From NCBI GenBank assembly GCA_965214775.1, contig OZ243974.1, forward strand, positions 2,112,001-2,176,000: a DNA stretch of 64,000 nucleotides. The letters are read 5' to 3'. A program made the position numbers and the translations under genes. Below the pieces are notes generated by a model. The model saw only the letters and a program-made list of their open reading frames with translations. It ran no database searches and was not told the origin of the DNA. This document shows positions 31,234 to 41,580 of the stretch, piece by piece. The DNA is from Nitrosopumilus sp. (GTDB lineage: Archaea; Thermoproteota; Nitrososphaeria; Nitrososphaerales; Nitrosopumilaceae). Position 1 is the stretch's first letter, and every line of letters starts with the position of its first letter.

Positions 31234-31779
31234 GTGCCCCGTAAGCGAATCAACTCTGAGATCGAAGATCTAGACAAAGTGATGCGTCAGGTGGCAAAGG
31301 CCAACAAATACCTGACACGTGGAATGTATGAAAAGGCCTTACCGCTCTTTGAGAGACTAATAGACATGCATCCTGACTTGGAGGACGGATACGGGGGAAA
31401 GGCAGTTGCCCTGCTGAATATGGACGATCCCGGGGAGGCTGTAAAATACTTTGACAAGGCGCTCAAGTGTAATCCGAACAGGGCCGCTACGTACGGCACC
31501 AAGGGACAGGCCCTAGAGTCCCTTGGCAGACTCGAGGATGCGGCAAAATGCTATGAGAAGGTGATTGAGCTTGCACCAAACGACATTGGGGGGTACGTAT
31601 ACCGTGCAGGCGTTGCCATGAAACTCAACAATATAGAGGATTTGATCACGTACCTTTCGACTGCAATCGAAACAGAGGCCGATGACGAGATCGGACTTGC
31701 TCTTCAAAAACATGCAAAAGAGATGCTCCGCACTATAGAACAGTGCGTAGATGAACATGAAGGGCCGGACAAGAAATGA
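31234..31779 (+). CDS. TPR-repeat protein
   Basis: Several TPR motifs (YFDKALKCNP, CYEKVIELAP). Confidence 0.85.
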   Translation: MPRKRINSEIEDLDKVMRQVAKANKYLTRGMYEKALPLFERLIDMHPDLEDGYGGKAVALLNMDDPGEAVKYFDKALKCNPNRAATYGTKGQALESLGRLEDAAKCYEKVIELAPNDIGGYVYRAGVAMKLNNIEDLITYLSTAIETEADDEIGLALQKHAKEMLRTIEQCVDEHEGPDKK

Positions 31780-31810
31780 CCATGCAACAACATCACTCAA
31801 ACCATTTAAC

Positions 31811-31943
31811 GTAATGGTTCGGGCTCCTGAAGTTCACACATGGATGATTTTGCTGCTAATGAAAAGTGCCGATCAAAACGGAATCCGTGCCTAAAATCAT
31901 CATCATCATCATCAGAAACGGCTTTCAGAACACAATCCGTTGC
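31811..31943 (-). mobile_element. MITE family E, degenerate, with (CAT)n expansion
   Basis: Reverse-complement similarity to 2541-2650 and 11775-11886. Confidence 0.6.
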
Positions 31944-32048
31944 GTCTTTTGCTGTCCTCGTGAAAGGATGTTGACATGTTTTTTATTCCTCTAAAACCAA
32001 GCCTGCAAGTGCCATTTCTTGTTGCAACCTGTGTTTCTGAGTCCGAGA

Positions 32049-32981
32049 TTATTTTTTGATGATTCTTGCAAATGCCCCCTTTGAAACCTTCAAGTCTTTT
32101 GCTTTTGAGGGATTCATGATCTTTGCAAGTATCTCGATTCCTTGTATGGTTCTGATGCTGGGCTTGCTGAAAAATGAGTTTGCATCTACTGCAAAAACTT
32201 GGTTGCTTTTTACTGCCTCTAAAGAATTCCATCTTTTGTCATTTTTTAATATTTTTTCATATTCGGTGATTGTATGAACGGTATCAAACCCGCATGGCAT
32301 AAGAATGATCAAATCTGGAGAAGCTTTTGCAATCTCTTGAAAATCCATTCTTCTGGAATGCTCTCCTGTCTTGCTGATCATGTTTTGACCCCCTGCAATC
32401 TCGATCATTTCGGGAATCCAGTGACCTGCCGTAAAAAATGGATCCATCCATTCGATTGCCACTACTCTTAACCGTGAATCGATCTTGGATGTTTTGACCC
32501 TTTCAATCCTGCTCTCCAGCCCTCCTGTGATTTCTGCTGCCCTGTCTTCTAATCCTAGGATTTTTCCTAATTTTGTCACTGACTGAATTATCCCTTTGAC
32601 ATTGTGGGGATCCATCGAGTGCAATTCCGGCGTTTTCCCTAAAATTTGAACTGCCCTGCTTGCCTGGCCTCCATGCGCGGCACATGCCTTGCATGTTTCT
32701 TGCAAAATAATCAGATCGGGGTTGGCCTCCTTCAAGCTGCCTTCATTAATTTGAAAGATGTCTCTTCCTTCTGAAAGCAGGATCCGAGTTAATCTGTCAA
32801 TTTCCTTACTGGACAAACTACCCGAATCAACAACTGAACTAATCACTCGGGGCTTTTCAGCCGCTTCTGTCGGGTATCTGCATTCATGAGTCACTCCAAA
32901 CAGTTTGTCGCCAATGCCAAATTCAAATATCAACTCAGTTGCACTGGGAAGAAATGAAACAATCCTGTTTATTGTCGCCAT
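32049..32981 (-). CDS. BtuF/cobalamin-binding-like solute-binding protein
   Basis: RIVSFLPSATE, GVTHEC, IEWMDP, GHWIPEM, MPCGFD; no signal peptide visible. Confidence 0.8.
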   Translation of the reverse strand: MATINRIVSFLPSATELIFEFGIGDKLFGVTHECRYPTEAAEKPRVISSVVDSGSLSSKEIDRLTRILLSEGRDIFQINEGSLKEANPDLIILQETCKACAAHGGQASRAVQILGKTPELHSMDPHNVKGIIQSVTKLGKILGLEDRAAEITGGLESRIERVKTSKIDSRLRVVAIEWMDPFFTAGHWIPEMIEIAGGQNMISKTGEHSRRMDFQEIAKASPDLIILMPCGFDTVHTITEYEKILKNDKRWNSLEAVKSNQVFAVDANSFFSKPSIRTIQGIEILAKIMNPSKAKDLKVSKGAFARIIKK

Positions 32982-33070
32982 ATGCTGTTTTTCGGGCCAT
33001 TCTTTAAACATCATCCGTTCACCGCTTGCTTGCTTTGCCAACTGGTCACTTTAATAGGCTCAATCTGGGC

Positions 33071-34240
33071 ATGAAAGCCATGCCTTCAGATTCCCAAGAA
33101 ATTCGTCGCTCAATTTTGACAAAATGGCATGAGATTCTTTCAAGGTATGCAAATCTGTACTCTTCGGACTCTGTTAGTGGAACGAGCCCACCCTCGGTTT
33201 TTGTCGGATCTTATGATTATCCCAAGGTGTTTGTGGGCCCGATGGTTCCTCCCATTCATGGTGACACAAGTCTGCTTGACAGCCCTGAAAAATGGAAAGG
33301 CAAATCCTTGGAGGAGATTGTCAATTTTAGACTAAACCTAGTCAGAGGAATCCAAAAAATCCCAATCATGCAGACTGAGGGAAAATACATTGAAAATCTC
33401 CAAGAGTTTTCAATGTCCTCAAAACCAACTGATTCTGAACTGTCATTTGCCAAAGCCGTTTCCTCCCGTGTCTTACTGGATGGCCAAAGTGCCCCCTTTG
33501 GACCGGTTGGAGAACTGACATCTGCAAAATTTTCTTCCACCTTGGCTGTTAAACCAATTGAGAAAGTATTCTATGACAAGGATCTTAAAGCTCAGGATGC
33601 AGTTGTCAGTCTGTATAATTCTGGAATTGATATTTCTAAAATTCAAAAATGCTTTAGCATTGGAATGATGGGCCAAAAAAGAAGGCTCGTTCCAACAAGG
33701 TGGAGCATTACGGCCACTGATGATATCATATCCAAATCTCTTCAAGAGTCCGTTTTGAATTACTCCTTGATTGATTCTTGCAGGGTGTTCTTTTATTCTC
33801 ATCTGGGAAACCATTTTGGCGTTGTTTTGTTTCCTCACAGATGGATATACGAAATGATTGAGGCCTGGTATTCAAACGGGGTTTTGGGATTCGGCTCTGA
33901 CTGTGAGGATGCTAGAGGCATTGATCATCATCCTCCTGCAATTGCCGGTGCCTATTTTGCAGCAAAACTGGGGGTTTTAGAATATCTTGAAAAACACAAT
34001 CTTCAGGCCGGCGCAATCGTTTTAAGAGAAATCAGGCCAGAATACGCCATTCCTGTAGGTGTCTGGCAGGTCAGGGAGGGGGTTCGTGGGGCCATGAACC
34101 AATCTCCAATAATTGCAGAAAACCTTGATTCTGCGCTAGATGTCGCCTCAGACAAACTCAGCATCAGCAAAGACGAGTGGCTGACTCATGGAAATATCTC
34201 CAAACTCTTAAGGCAAAAAACAATGTCTGACTTTTTCTAG
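33071..34240 (+). CDS. nreA: Archaeal DNA repair protein Nre
   Basis: SPPSVFVG, YPKVFVGP, LVPTRWSITATD, PVGVWQVRE, C-terminal PIP box QKTMSDFF. Confidence 0.88.
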   Translation: MKAMPSDSQEIRRSILTKWHEILSRYANLYSSDSVSGTSPPSVFVGSYDYPKVFVGPMVPPIHGDTSLLDSPEKWKGKSLEEIVNFRLNLVRGIQKIPIMQTEGKYIENLQEFSMSSKPTDSELSFAKAVSSRVLLDGQSAPFGPVGELTSAKFSSTLAVKPIEKVFYDKDLKAQDAVVSLYNSGIDISKIQKCFSIGMMGQKRRLVPTRWSITATDDIISKSLQESVLNYSLIDSCRVFFYSHLGNHFGVVLFPHRWIYEMIEAWYSNGVLGFGSDCEDARGIDHHPPAIAGAYFAAKLGVLEYLEKHNLQAGAIVLREIRPEYAIPVGVWQVREGVRGAMNQSPIIAENLDSALDVASDKLSISKDEWLTHGNISKLLRQKTMSDFF

Positions 34241-34834
34241 CTATTTTGAAAAGAATGAAAAAATGTTTCCCGTCTGTGAATCCGAATACAGGAGAAAATA
34301 TGTCTGGCTTGCAAGATACGTATTGCTAAATCTGTAAATTATTGCATTGATTTCAGACAATGCCTTTCCAATTGTGATCTTGTTGCCCTTGAACTCTTTT
34401 AGGAGTTTGAAAAATTCTTTTTTTTCATTTTGACTAAGGTATTTGGAAAAATATCCAAAAATATGCAGGATTACATTGGAATGGGTTTTTCTTGAAGGTG
34501 ATTTTGTCAGGGCCTTTTTCAGATGAATCTCGTACTCTGAGATGACCTCCTTAATCGTACCCCTCTTGTATTTTGCAACAATATTTCCAAGTATCTTTAG
34601 CTGTTCTTGATCCTTTGACATGATCATGTATTTGTTCATTGCTTGGAAAGAAACCAGATTCTTTACCCTGCCTGATTTTTTCACCTCTTCAAACCGTTCA
34701 AGGACATAACCCGTGATCTCCTTTTCATTTATTCCTGGTGAATCCTCTTTTATGGTATCTTGTTTGTTGCTCACACTTACCATGTTTGAGATCTCTTGCT
34801 TATAAACCGGAAAATCAAATTTTGGACTTGGCAC
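34241..34834 (-). CDS. YbgA/DUF1722-like protein
   Basis: NKYMIM, HSNVILHIFGYFS, YLASQTYF. Confidence 0.75.
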   Translation of the reverse strand: MPSPKFDFPVYKQEISNMVSVSNKQDTIKEDSPGINEKEITGYVLERFEEVKKSGRVKNLVSFQAMNKYMIMSKDQEQLKILGNIVAKYKRGTIKEVISEYEIHLKKALTKSPSRKTHSNVILHIFGYFSKYLSQNEKKEFFKLLKEFKGNKITIGKALSEINAIIYRFSNTYLASQTYFLLYSDSQTGNIFSFFSK

Positions 34835-34910
34835 TAGTAGATCCCTCTTTTTTTACCACTAGTTCTAATTTTACCACTAGCTTATATACGATGAACGCAA
34901 AATTGCGTTA

Positions 34911-35816
34911 ATGAAAACCGCATTAACTGCAATTGTGGCAACGATTATTCTGACAGCCTCGGCAGCATCCTATGCTTATGCAGAGATCCCGGGATGGGTG
35001 AAAAATAGCGCAGGCTGGTGGGCAGATGGGGCCATCTCTGAATCTGAATTCCTTGCAGGGATCTCGTTTTTGATAGATGGCGGAATCATTCAGGTTCCTC
35101 AAACAACAACAAACGCATCCCCTGAAACATCTGATGGGCTGGTTCCTGATTGGGTGAAAAATAGCGCAGGCTGGTGGGCAGATGGGGCCATCTCTGATGA
35201 TGAATTTGTAAATGGAATTCAGCATCTGATGTCCCTTGGCATGATATCTGTCTCATATGAGGAATCTCAAGAGACTGCGGAATATCTCCCTGCTGATTCA
35301 AAGTTGGCCGCTCTTAAGGCAGAACTTGAAAAGTGCTCTGAGATCACCAAAGCATACAAACGAATTGACTGCGAAAAACCAGTCAAGCATGCAATAACTG
35401 TTCATCAATACAAGCAGGATTCTGAAAAGTTTGTTGTAGGGCCAATCACCTACTATTGGAAGGGAATCGGCTCTGAAGGAAACGAGTTTGAAGTCACTCC
35501 CAACGGTCAGCCAATCCTGTCAATTCGAATGCTAGCTGAGAATACAAGCCCTGATATTGCTGCCCTAAATTGTACGAGTCCTTCAATCTGCAGCTATGAC
35601 GTTTGGGATGGCTCAAAATCCTTCAAATATTCTGGCATGGACTTTACAAGCGGCCAGATAGTTCTAAACCCGGGCGACTCACGAGAGTTCAACATTCTCT
35701 TTGGTCCCAACATAGGATATGGCGGAACTCAGTTTGAATATGATTCCTCAAAGTCATACGTCTTTAGAATCAACGAGCAATTCGGAAGCGCCAACGTCCC
35801 GCTCTCATTGGAGTGA
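34911..35816 (+). CDS. Secreted protein with two thaumarchaeal PxWVKNxAGWWADGxI repeats
   Basis: Signal peptide; repeat duplicated nearly identically at DNA level (about 34995-35040 and 35151-35196). Confidence 0.8.
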   Translation: MKTALTAIVATIILTASAASYAYAEIPGWVKNSAGWWADGAISESEFLAGISFLIDGGIIQVPQTTTNASPETSDGLVPDWVKNSAGWWADGAISDDEFVNGIQHLMSLGMISVSYEESQETAEYLPADSKLAALKAELEKCSEITKAYKRIDCEKPVKHAITVHQYKQDSEKFVVGPITYYWKGIGSEGNEFEVTPNGQPILSIRMLAENTSPDIAALNCTSPSICSYDVWDGSKSFKYSGMDFTSGQIVLNPGDSREFNILFGPNIGYGGTQFEYDSSKSYVFRINEQFGSANVPLSLE

Positions 35817-35889
35817 TCCTTCTACTCCTTCTCCTTTTCTTGTTTTTGATCCATCTGATTTCTTCAGATGATGGCGCATAAATCCTGAC

Positions 35890-36053
35890 AGATGATCCAA
35901 AATCGGAAGCTGCAAATCAATGTCAGGGTTTTTGTATCCCTGCCAAGCAGCTTTGCATGCGGACAACTTGTCATTTGCAGGCATTTTTTCAACCTGCTTG
36001 ATGCAAGTGAACCTGCATACATACTCCGAATCTGCTACTTTTGAGTCAGCTCT
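35890..36053 (+). mobile_element. MITE family D, degenerate
   Basis: gatgatccaaaatcggaagc...aacttgtcatttgcaggcatttt...tctgctacttttgagtcagctct. Confidence 0.65.
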
Positions 36054-36249
36054 CTGGGCCTAATGCGGCACGTCTGATCCACGAATAGAATTTTGAGCTG
36101 CCGTTTATTGCGCGGAAATTTTTTTCGTTCTGACTGCCACAACAAAAAGTTATTTTCAAATCATTTTAAATCCCACATTGATTGTCCGTACTGATTCGGT
36201 GGTAATAATTTAGAAACCATATTATATAATTGAAAAACGATCTGATTTT

Positions 36250-36687
36250 GTGGAAAATACATTCGTGAATCAAATCATGAACAAGGATGTCATAAGCAAG
36301 GAAGGCTCTTCCACAATTCAGGAGGCAGCCGAGGCAATGAAAAAATCAGGCATAGGCTGTGTCATTGTTACAAAAAAACAGTCACCTGCAGGAATAATCA
36401 CGGAAAGAGACTTTGTAACTAGGGTCGCAGCTGAGGGAAGGCCGCTATTTACGGAAATTTCAGAAATAATGTCTTCCCCTTTGATTACGGTTAATCATGA
36501 GGAAACAGTATGGGAGGCATCAGAAGTGATGAAAGGAAGAAAAATCCACAAGTTGCCCGTTGAAGATGCAGGCAAAATTGTAGGAATCATCACGACATCA
36601 GACATTGTGAAAATTTCCAGCGTAGGGTCGGATTCAGAGATGAGAAGAATCTGTGATCAGATTCTGATGAGAATGAAAAATGAATAG
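36250..36687 (+). CDS. CBS-pair protein
   Basis: GIITERD and GIITTSD CBS motifs. Confidence 0.88.
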   Translation: MENTFVNQIMNKDVISKEGSSTIQEAAEAMKKSGIGCVIVTKKQSPAGIITERDFVTRVAAEGRPLFTEISEIMSSPLITVNHEETVWEASEVMKGRKIHKLPVEDAGKIVGIITTSDIVKISSVGSDSEMRRICDQILMRMKNE

Positions 36688-36735
36688 ACGGCATGACATT
36701 CACTTAAATTATTGAACAGCCATGAATGAAACATC

Positions 36736-37749
36736 ATGATGGCAACAGCGGCAGATGCGGGGGAAGCAGTCCTTGAAACAAGGGATGACGGCCCGAAAAT
36801 GCCAGACAAGAAGAAGACAAAATTTGACGTAGTAATTATTGGGGCAGGCCCATCAGGATACACTGCTGGAATTTATTGTTCTAGAGCAGGATATGACACC
36901 TTGATCTTATCCGGAATCCTGCCTGGGGGACAACTGGTCAACACCACGGAGGTTGAAAACTATCCGGGCTTTGAGCGTGGAATCATGGGTCCGGACTTGA
37001 TGATTGATATGAGAAAACAATGCCAAAGAATGGGCACGACAATTGTGGATGATGAAGCCGTAGACGTTGATTTTAGAAGAAGGCCGCTCAAGGTTCTGAC
37101 GGCATCCGAAGAATATGAGGGCAAGGCAGTCATTATTGCAACCGGTGCAAATCCACGAAAATTAGGGTTGGAAGGCGAGCAGACATTTGGGGGAAAAGGG
37201 GTGTCCTACTGCGCAACATGTGACGGTCCGTTCTTTAGGAACCAGGAATTGGTTGTAGTTGGGGGAGGGGATTCGGCCATTGAAGAAGCAACATTTCTTA
37301 CCAAGTTTGCAACCACAGTCCACCTAATTCACAGAAGAAACGAACTCCGTGCAAGCAAAGTCATGCAAGAGCGGGCACTAGGCAATCCAAAAATAAAATT
37401 CCATTGGGATTCGGTCGTAATTGACATTAAGGGTGATCAAAAGATGCGGCAAGCCGTTTTGAGAAATCTAAAGACAAACGAAGAATCAACCTTGGATGCA
37501 GGCGGACTGTTTGTGGCAATCGGACACGAGCCAAATACAAAATTATTCAAAAATCAAATCAGTCTGGATGATGAAGGATATGTGATACTGAAAGATAAAG
37601 CACAGACCAGTGTTCAAGGAGTTTTTGCTGCAGGCGATGTTCATGACAGAAGTTACAGGCAGGCAGTTACTGCAGCAGGATACGGCTGCATGGCTGCAAT
37701 GGACGTTGATAAATATCTGACAGAAAGTAAAGACAGGCAAGAAGGATGA
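36736..37749 (+). CDS. trxB: Thioredoxin reductase
   Basis: GAGPSG, CATCDG, GGGDSA, FAAGD. Confidence 0.95.
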   Translation: MMATAADAGEAVLETRDDGPKMPDKKKTKFDVVIIGAGPSGYTAGIYCSRAGYDTLILSGILPGGQLVNTTEVENYPGFERGIMGPDLMIDMRKQCQRMGTTIVDDEAVDVDFRRRPLKVLTASEEYEGKAVIIATGANPRKLGLEGEQTFGGKGVSYCATCDGPFFRNQELVVVGGGDSAIEEATFLTKFATTVHLIHRRNELRASKVMQERALGNPKIKFHWDSVVIDIKGDQKMRQAVLRNLKTNEESTLDAGGLFVAIGHEPNTKLFKNQISLDDEGYVILKDKAQTSVQGVFAAGDVHDRSYRQAVTAAGYGCMAAMDVDKYLTESKDRQEG

Positions 37750-37760
37750 AAAACACGCAA

Positions 37761-37842
37761 TAGACTTTATGCATAATCGAACTGAATGAGATGAATTTGT
37801 TCGTAATAATCCTGGATCTGAACCGATTACGCATAAAGTCTA
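37761..37842 (+). mobile_element. MITE family A (82 bp)
   Basis: tagactttatgcataatcg...cgattacgcataaagtcta just after trxB. Confidence 0.9.
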
Positions 37843-38074
37843 ATGCAGAAAATGTCTGGACAATTCCGGGAAAAAGACGCTTGGACGATTCGGCAACTTC
37901 AACGCCGAAAAGAACCAGTCTGTGATTGGTCTGCAGGCTGTCTTAAAAAAATTACATATTGTCAAACGGATTTCCTTTGTGAAAACCATCAAAGAACATG
38001 CTGATGAATCAAAGACGGTATGGGAAAACAACCAGACATCCAAACTCTTTATTCTAGCATGCCATAAAGAATTC

Positions 38075-38551
38075 ATGGGCGATGATTCTGATGACCTAAA
38101 GAAATCAGCTAGAGAAAAAAGCGACAAATTGGCAAGATTGGGCACGGAATTGGGAGAAATTCGATTCAGCTATAGAATCAAAGAAAAACCAACTCAAGAA
38201 TACTGGAAAAAAAGAATCAAAGACTTCAAAAAATACAGCGACAAGGGTCTTGAATATTATAACCACGTCTATTCCCTGATGAAAACAGTCGACAAAGAAG
38301 AGGCACAACTGTTTCTTTTAAGAGTAGGTAAATTCAGACAGATGGGTTTGGAGCTAATCAAGATAATGGAGAAAATAAGAGAAAACCCGACAATCATGGA
38401 CAAAAAGGACAGGCAGCAGAGCCAGTGGAGCAAGGAAATCAAGGCCAACATTACAGAACACAGCAACAAATGTCTGCGTCATGAAATGGACATGAACGCC
38501 TCGTTTAGGGAGTTTTATGAGAAAAACCTAAAGAAGGGTGTTTTGGGGTAA
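38075..38551 (+). CDS. Hypothetical helical protein
   Basis: Host-like codon usage from ATG 38075; no recognised motif. Confidence 0.6.
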   Translation: MGDDSDDLKKSAREKSDKLARLGTELGEIRFSYRIKEKPTQEYWKKRIKDFKKYSDKGLEYYNHVYSLMKTVDKEEAQLFLLRVGKFRQMGLELIKIMEKIRENPTIMDKKDRQQSQWSKEIKANITEHSNKCLRHEMDMNASFREFYEKNLKKGVLG

Positions 38552-39550
38552 TTACAAAGAATATGCCAGTTCAGACATGTGCTTTGCCGAATTTGCCGCC
38601 GCGTTAAACTCATCCTCGGTCATTACGTTTTGTTGGGCATATACACTTTTGAACTTTCTTCCGTCATCGGCAAAGATTCCGACAGCACATGCGTCATCTC
38701 CAACGGGATATTTTTTCATGCATGCATACACTGCAGCTGAAGAAGGACTGATGAGCAACTGATCTTTTTCAAACACCTCTTTGACTACTCCAAAGGATTC
38801 CTTGTTGTCTGCAGAAACCCAATCATCAACAACATTCTCGCGCCTTAAAAACAAGTCGGGTTTTGCGGATTCTTCGAAATTCCTCCATCCCTGAATCAGA
38901 TGATTCTGTTGTGGCTGGCATCCGATAATTTTTACGTCTGGATTCTTCTCTTTTAGATAGGTTCCGATCCCCGTAATGGTCCCTCCGGTACCCACTCCGG
39001 TAAAGAAGTGGGTTACCCTTCCTTCTGTCTGCTTCCAAATTTCAGGTCCCGTTCCGGCATAATGTCCCTTGAAATTGGCCTCGTTTGCATACTGATTTGG
39101 AGAATAATATGTGTCAGGACGGGACGATGCAATGGATGTGGCCAATGCAATGCTTTGATCCGTTCCTGCGCCAACCTTTGGACAAAGATCATCGCTGGTT
39201 TCAAAAATTTTTGCCCCGAGACCTCTTATGATGTCTTTGGTTTCATTGCTTGCCTTTTCGGGAATTACGACTTCCACCTTGTATCCCAGCAAATTTGCAA
39301 TTCCAGTCAGAGCAATTCCGGTATTTCCCGACGTTGGCTCAATTATGATGCTTTTTCCCTTGGTGAGAATTTCCCGTTCCTCGCCATCCTTGATCATCCA
39401 AAACGCGGCTCTGTCTTTTACCGAGCCAAATGGATTGTGTCCCTCAAGTTTTGCATGAAATTCAACACTGTCGTGAGACAAGGAATCCAGTCTTATCATG
39501 GGAGTGTTGCCGACTCGATTAAGCAATTCGGTGTCAGTAACAGTTGCCAT
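38552..39550 (-). CDS. PLP-dependent cysteine synthase (CysM-like)
   Basis: GNTP, NPFGSVKDR, PTSGNTG, GVGTGGT. Confidence 0.9.
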   Translation of the reverse strand: MATVTDTELLNRVGNTPMIRLDSLSHDSVEFHAKLEGHNPFGSVKDRAAFWMIKDGEEREILTKGKSIIIEPTSGNTGIALTGIANLLGYKVEVVIPEKASNETKDIIRGLGAKIFETSDDLCPKVGAGTDQSIALATSIASSRPDTYYSPNQYANEANFKGHYAGTGPEIWKQTEGRVTHFFTGVGTGGTITGIGTYLKEKNPDVKIIGCQPQQNHLIQGWRNFEESAKPDLFLRRENVVDDWVSADNKESFGVVKEVFEKDQLLISPSSAAVYACMKKYPVGDDACAVGIFADDGRKFKSVYAQQNVMTEDEFNAAANSAKHMSELAYSL

Positions 39551-39558
39551 GATGTTGG

Positions 39559-39792
39559 TTATTTCACCTTTTTAATTTTAAAAGTAATTCTCTTGCCATC
39601 TTTTGACATGTCCAGCAGTTCATGGCCGTTTCTTGAAACCCATCTGGAGATGTCGTCTTCGGCTTCAGGATCATCAGCAGAGACAGTAATGGTTTCCCCG
39701 GCCTGCATTCTCTCAATTTCAATTTTTGTTCTGAATACCGGCTCAGGACAAAACAAGCCAGTTGCATCTAACTTTTTATCAGACTCGGACAT
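39559..39792 (-). CDS. tusA: TusA/SirA sulfur carrier
   Basis: LDATGLFCPEP, ADDPEAEDDI. Confidence 0.88.
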   Translation of the reverse strand: MSESDKKLDATGLFCPEPVFRTKIEIERMQAGETITVSADDPEAEDDISRWVSRNGHELLDMSKDGKRITFKIKKVK

Positions 39793-39859
39793 TGTTCGTA
39801 CAGTTCACCAAAGACGTTTTGTCATATTAAAAGCTACTTCGAAATTTCCACAAAACAAG

Positions 39860-40774
39860 TCAGATTGCCATCCTGAATATGGTGCCCAGATCCCGGTCAT
39901 TCATGAAACCGGGATCGTATGCCTTGTAATTGATTTTATGGGAAATGCGTTTTATCATGTATATTGCAATCTTGTAAAACAACGACCACAAATGGCTGTC
40001 AGGATTAGAATTATAGATTGACAAAAGCAAATTCAGCAACCATTTTGCGTTGGGATAATGCTCTGCAATATAGTCAAGCAAATACTCCTTGGAATTGCTT
40101 ATTTTGTAACGCAAGTGATCAAGCGTTTCGTTTTGCAAAGTGTATCCGGTCTGACTGATCTGGATATCTCCGTGTTTCATTGCATGGAGCACGTCATCAA
40201 GACTGTTCTCAGAATCCACGACATTGACGCACCTGCCAAGAGTAGACAAAACATGAGAGTCGCTTCCTGCAACCTGGGTCATGTTGTTGTCTAGTGCAAA
40301 TTGGGTGGCACGGGCATTGGAAATTACATCCACGTTATTGCTGTTGAACACCTCGACCATGTCACATTTTTTGGCATTATCACGCAGGGCGTCAATCAAA
40401 CTAAACGGGTGAGGGGCAGAGGAGACGCCCCCTTGTTTTCTGACTTCGTCAATTGCTTCTTCAAGGGATATGCCTGCCGGAATTTCCCGGCGAATTCCAT
40501 ACGCTAGAACATGCGCACCAGTATCGGTGGTGACCTCCTCGGCAGGAAAAACATCGATGTTTTTGAATTTTTCGTGGCTGTTTTTGTATTCTAAGAGTTG
40601 GCGGTAGCCATCAAGGGTATTGTGATTTGTGACAAAAACCGCATCTAATCCTAAAATCCTTGCACGTTCCAGCTGGTCACGTATGGAAACATCGCAGTCA
40701 TATGCAGGTTCATCGCGGCCCAGATGAAAATTCGAAAACGAGTTGTGGCAATGCAGTTCGGCTCTGATTGGCAT
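39860..40774 (-). CDS. PHP-family metallophosphoesterase
   Basis: LHCH, TNHN, PHP, GSDSH. Confidence 0.85.
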   Translation of the reverse strand: MPIRAELHCHNSFSNFHLGRDEPAYDCDVSIRDQLERARILGLDAVFVTNHNTLDGYRQLLEYKNSHEKFKNIDVFPAEEVTTDTGAHVLAYGIRREIPAGISLEEAIDEVRKQGGVSSAPHPFSLIDALRDNAKKCDMVEVFNSNNVDVISNARATQFALDNNMTQVAGSDSHVLSTLGRCVNVVDSENSLDDVLHAMKHGDIQISQTGYTLQNETLDHLRYKISNSKEYLLDYIAEHYPNAKWLLNLLLSIYNSNPDSHLWSLFYKIAIYMIKRISHKINYKAYDPGFMNDRDLGTIFRMAI

Positions 40775-40821
40775 TGAAAAGAAAATTTCATCTATTGATT
40801 ATAATCCTATGCAATAAGGGA

Positions 40822-41553
40822 TCACCTGAAAAGATCCTCGTTTTGAGGACGGATGATTCCTTTGATCCCGCACTCTTCAAAATTAAAGGAATATCCGCGA
40901 ATGATCACAAACGGGCATCTTGAGGTTTTTTTCATCACCAATTCTGCAGCAGCGCACAGCTCATCACAAACGGCAATCTCAGTTACTCGGAGAATCCTTT
41001 GAAAGGAATCCAAAGTTCCCTCATAATCAAGAATGGGAGCCATTCCGGAAATTCCGATTGCAGAATCTGTCTGACCCATCCTAAAAGGCCTGCCAAACGT
41101 GTCAGAAACCAGAACTGCGATATTCTTCTGAGATGACTCCCTGATGGATTTTCGCATATTGTGTGCAGACGCATCTGAGTCGATCGGAAGCAAAGTCGCA
41201 TAGCCCTCTTTCACATTGCTTTCATCCACTCCTGCATTGGCACAAACAAAACCGTGATTGGTTTCAACGATGATGATTCCCTTGCTCATCCGAACGATTC
41301 TTTTTGTTTCTGACAAGATCAGCTCGACAATTCTGGGATCCTTTTTGTACTGGGAGGCAATTCCTTCGGCCAGCAATGAAGGGGTGACTGAAGACAAAAC
41401 GATGCTTCGCCCCTCGTTTTTTGAGATTATTTTTTGGGCTGCCACAACAACGTCCCCTTCTTCAAGTGTCGTGGCCCCTAAAAGCAGATCAGGCAAATTA
41501 TCTGTCTGGTCTATCTCTTTTTCAATGTGAACGGGAATGACTTGCAATAACAA
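40822..41553 (-). CDS. cofE: Coenzyme F420-0:glutamate ligase
   Basis: KIISKNEG, CANAGVDESN, DTFGRPFRMG, DELCAAA. Confidence 0.9.
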   Translation of the reverse strand: MLLQVIPVHIEKEIDQTDNLPDLLLGATTLEEGDVVVAAQKIISKNEGRSIVLSSVTPSLLAEGIASQYKKDPRIVELILSETKRIVRMSKGIIIVETNHGFVCANAGVDESNVKEGYATLLPIDSDASAHNMRKSIRESSQKNIAVLVSDTFGRPFRMGQTDSAIGISGMAPILDYEGTLDSFQRILRVTEIAVCDELCAAAELVMKKTSRCPFVIIRGYSFNFEECGIKGIIRPQNEDLFR

Positions 41554-41580
41554 GCATGGGACAGATGCTCTAAAAATTGT

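Noticed and set aside
39008-40021. 337-aa plus-strand ORF
   Set aside because: Antisense to cysM, tusA and the PHP gene
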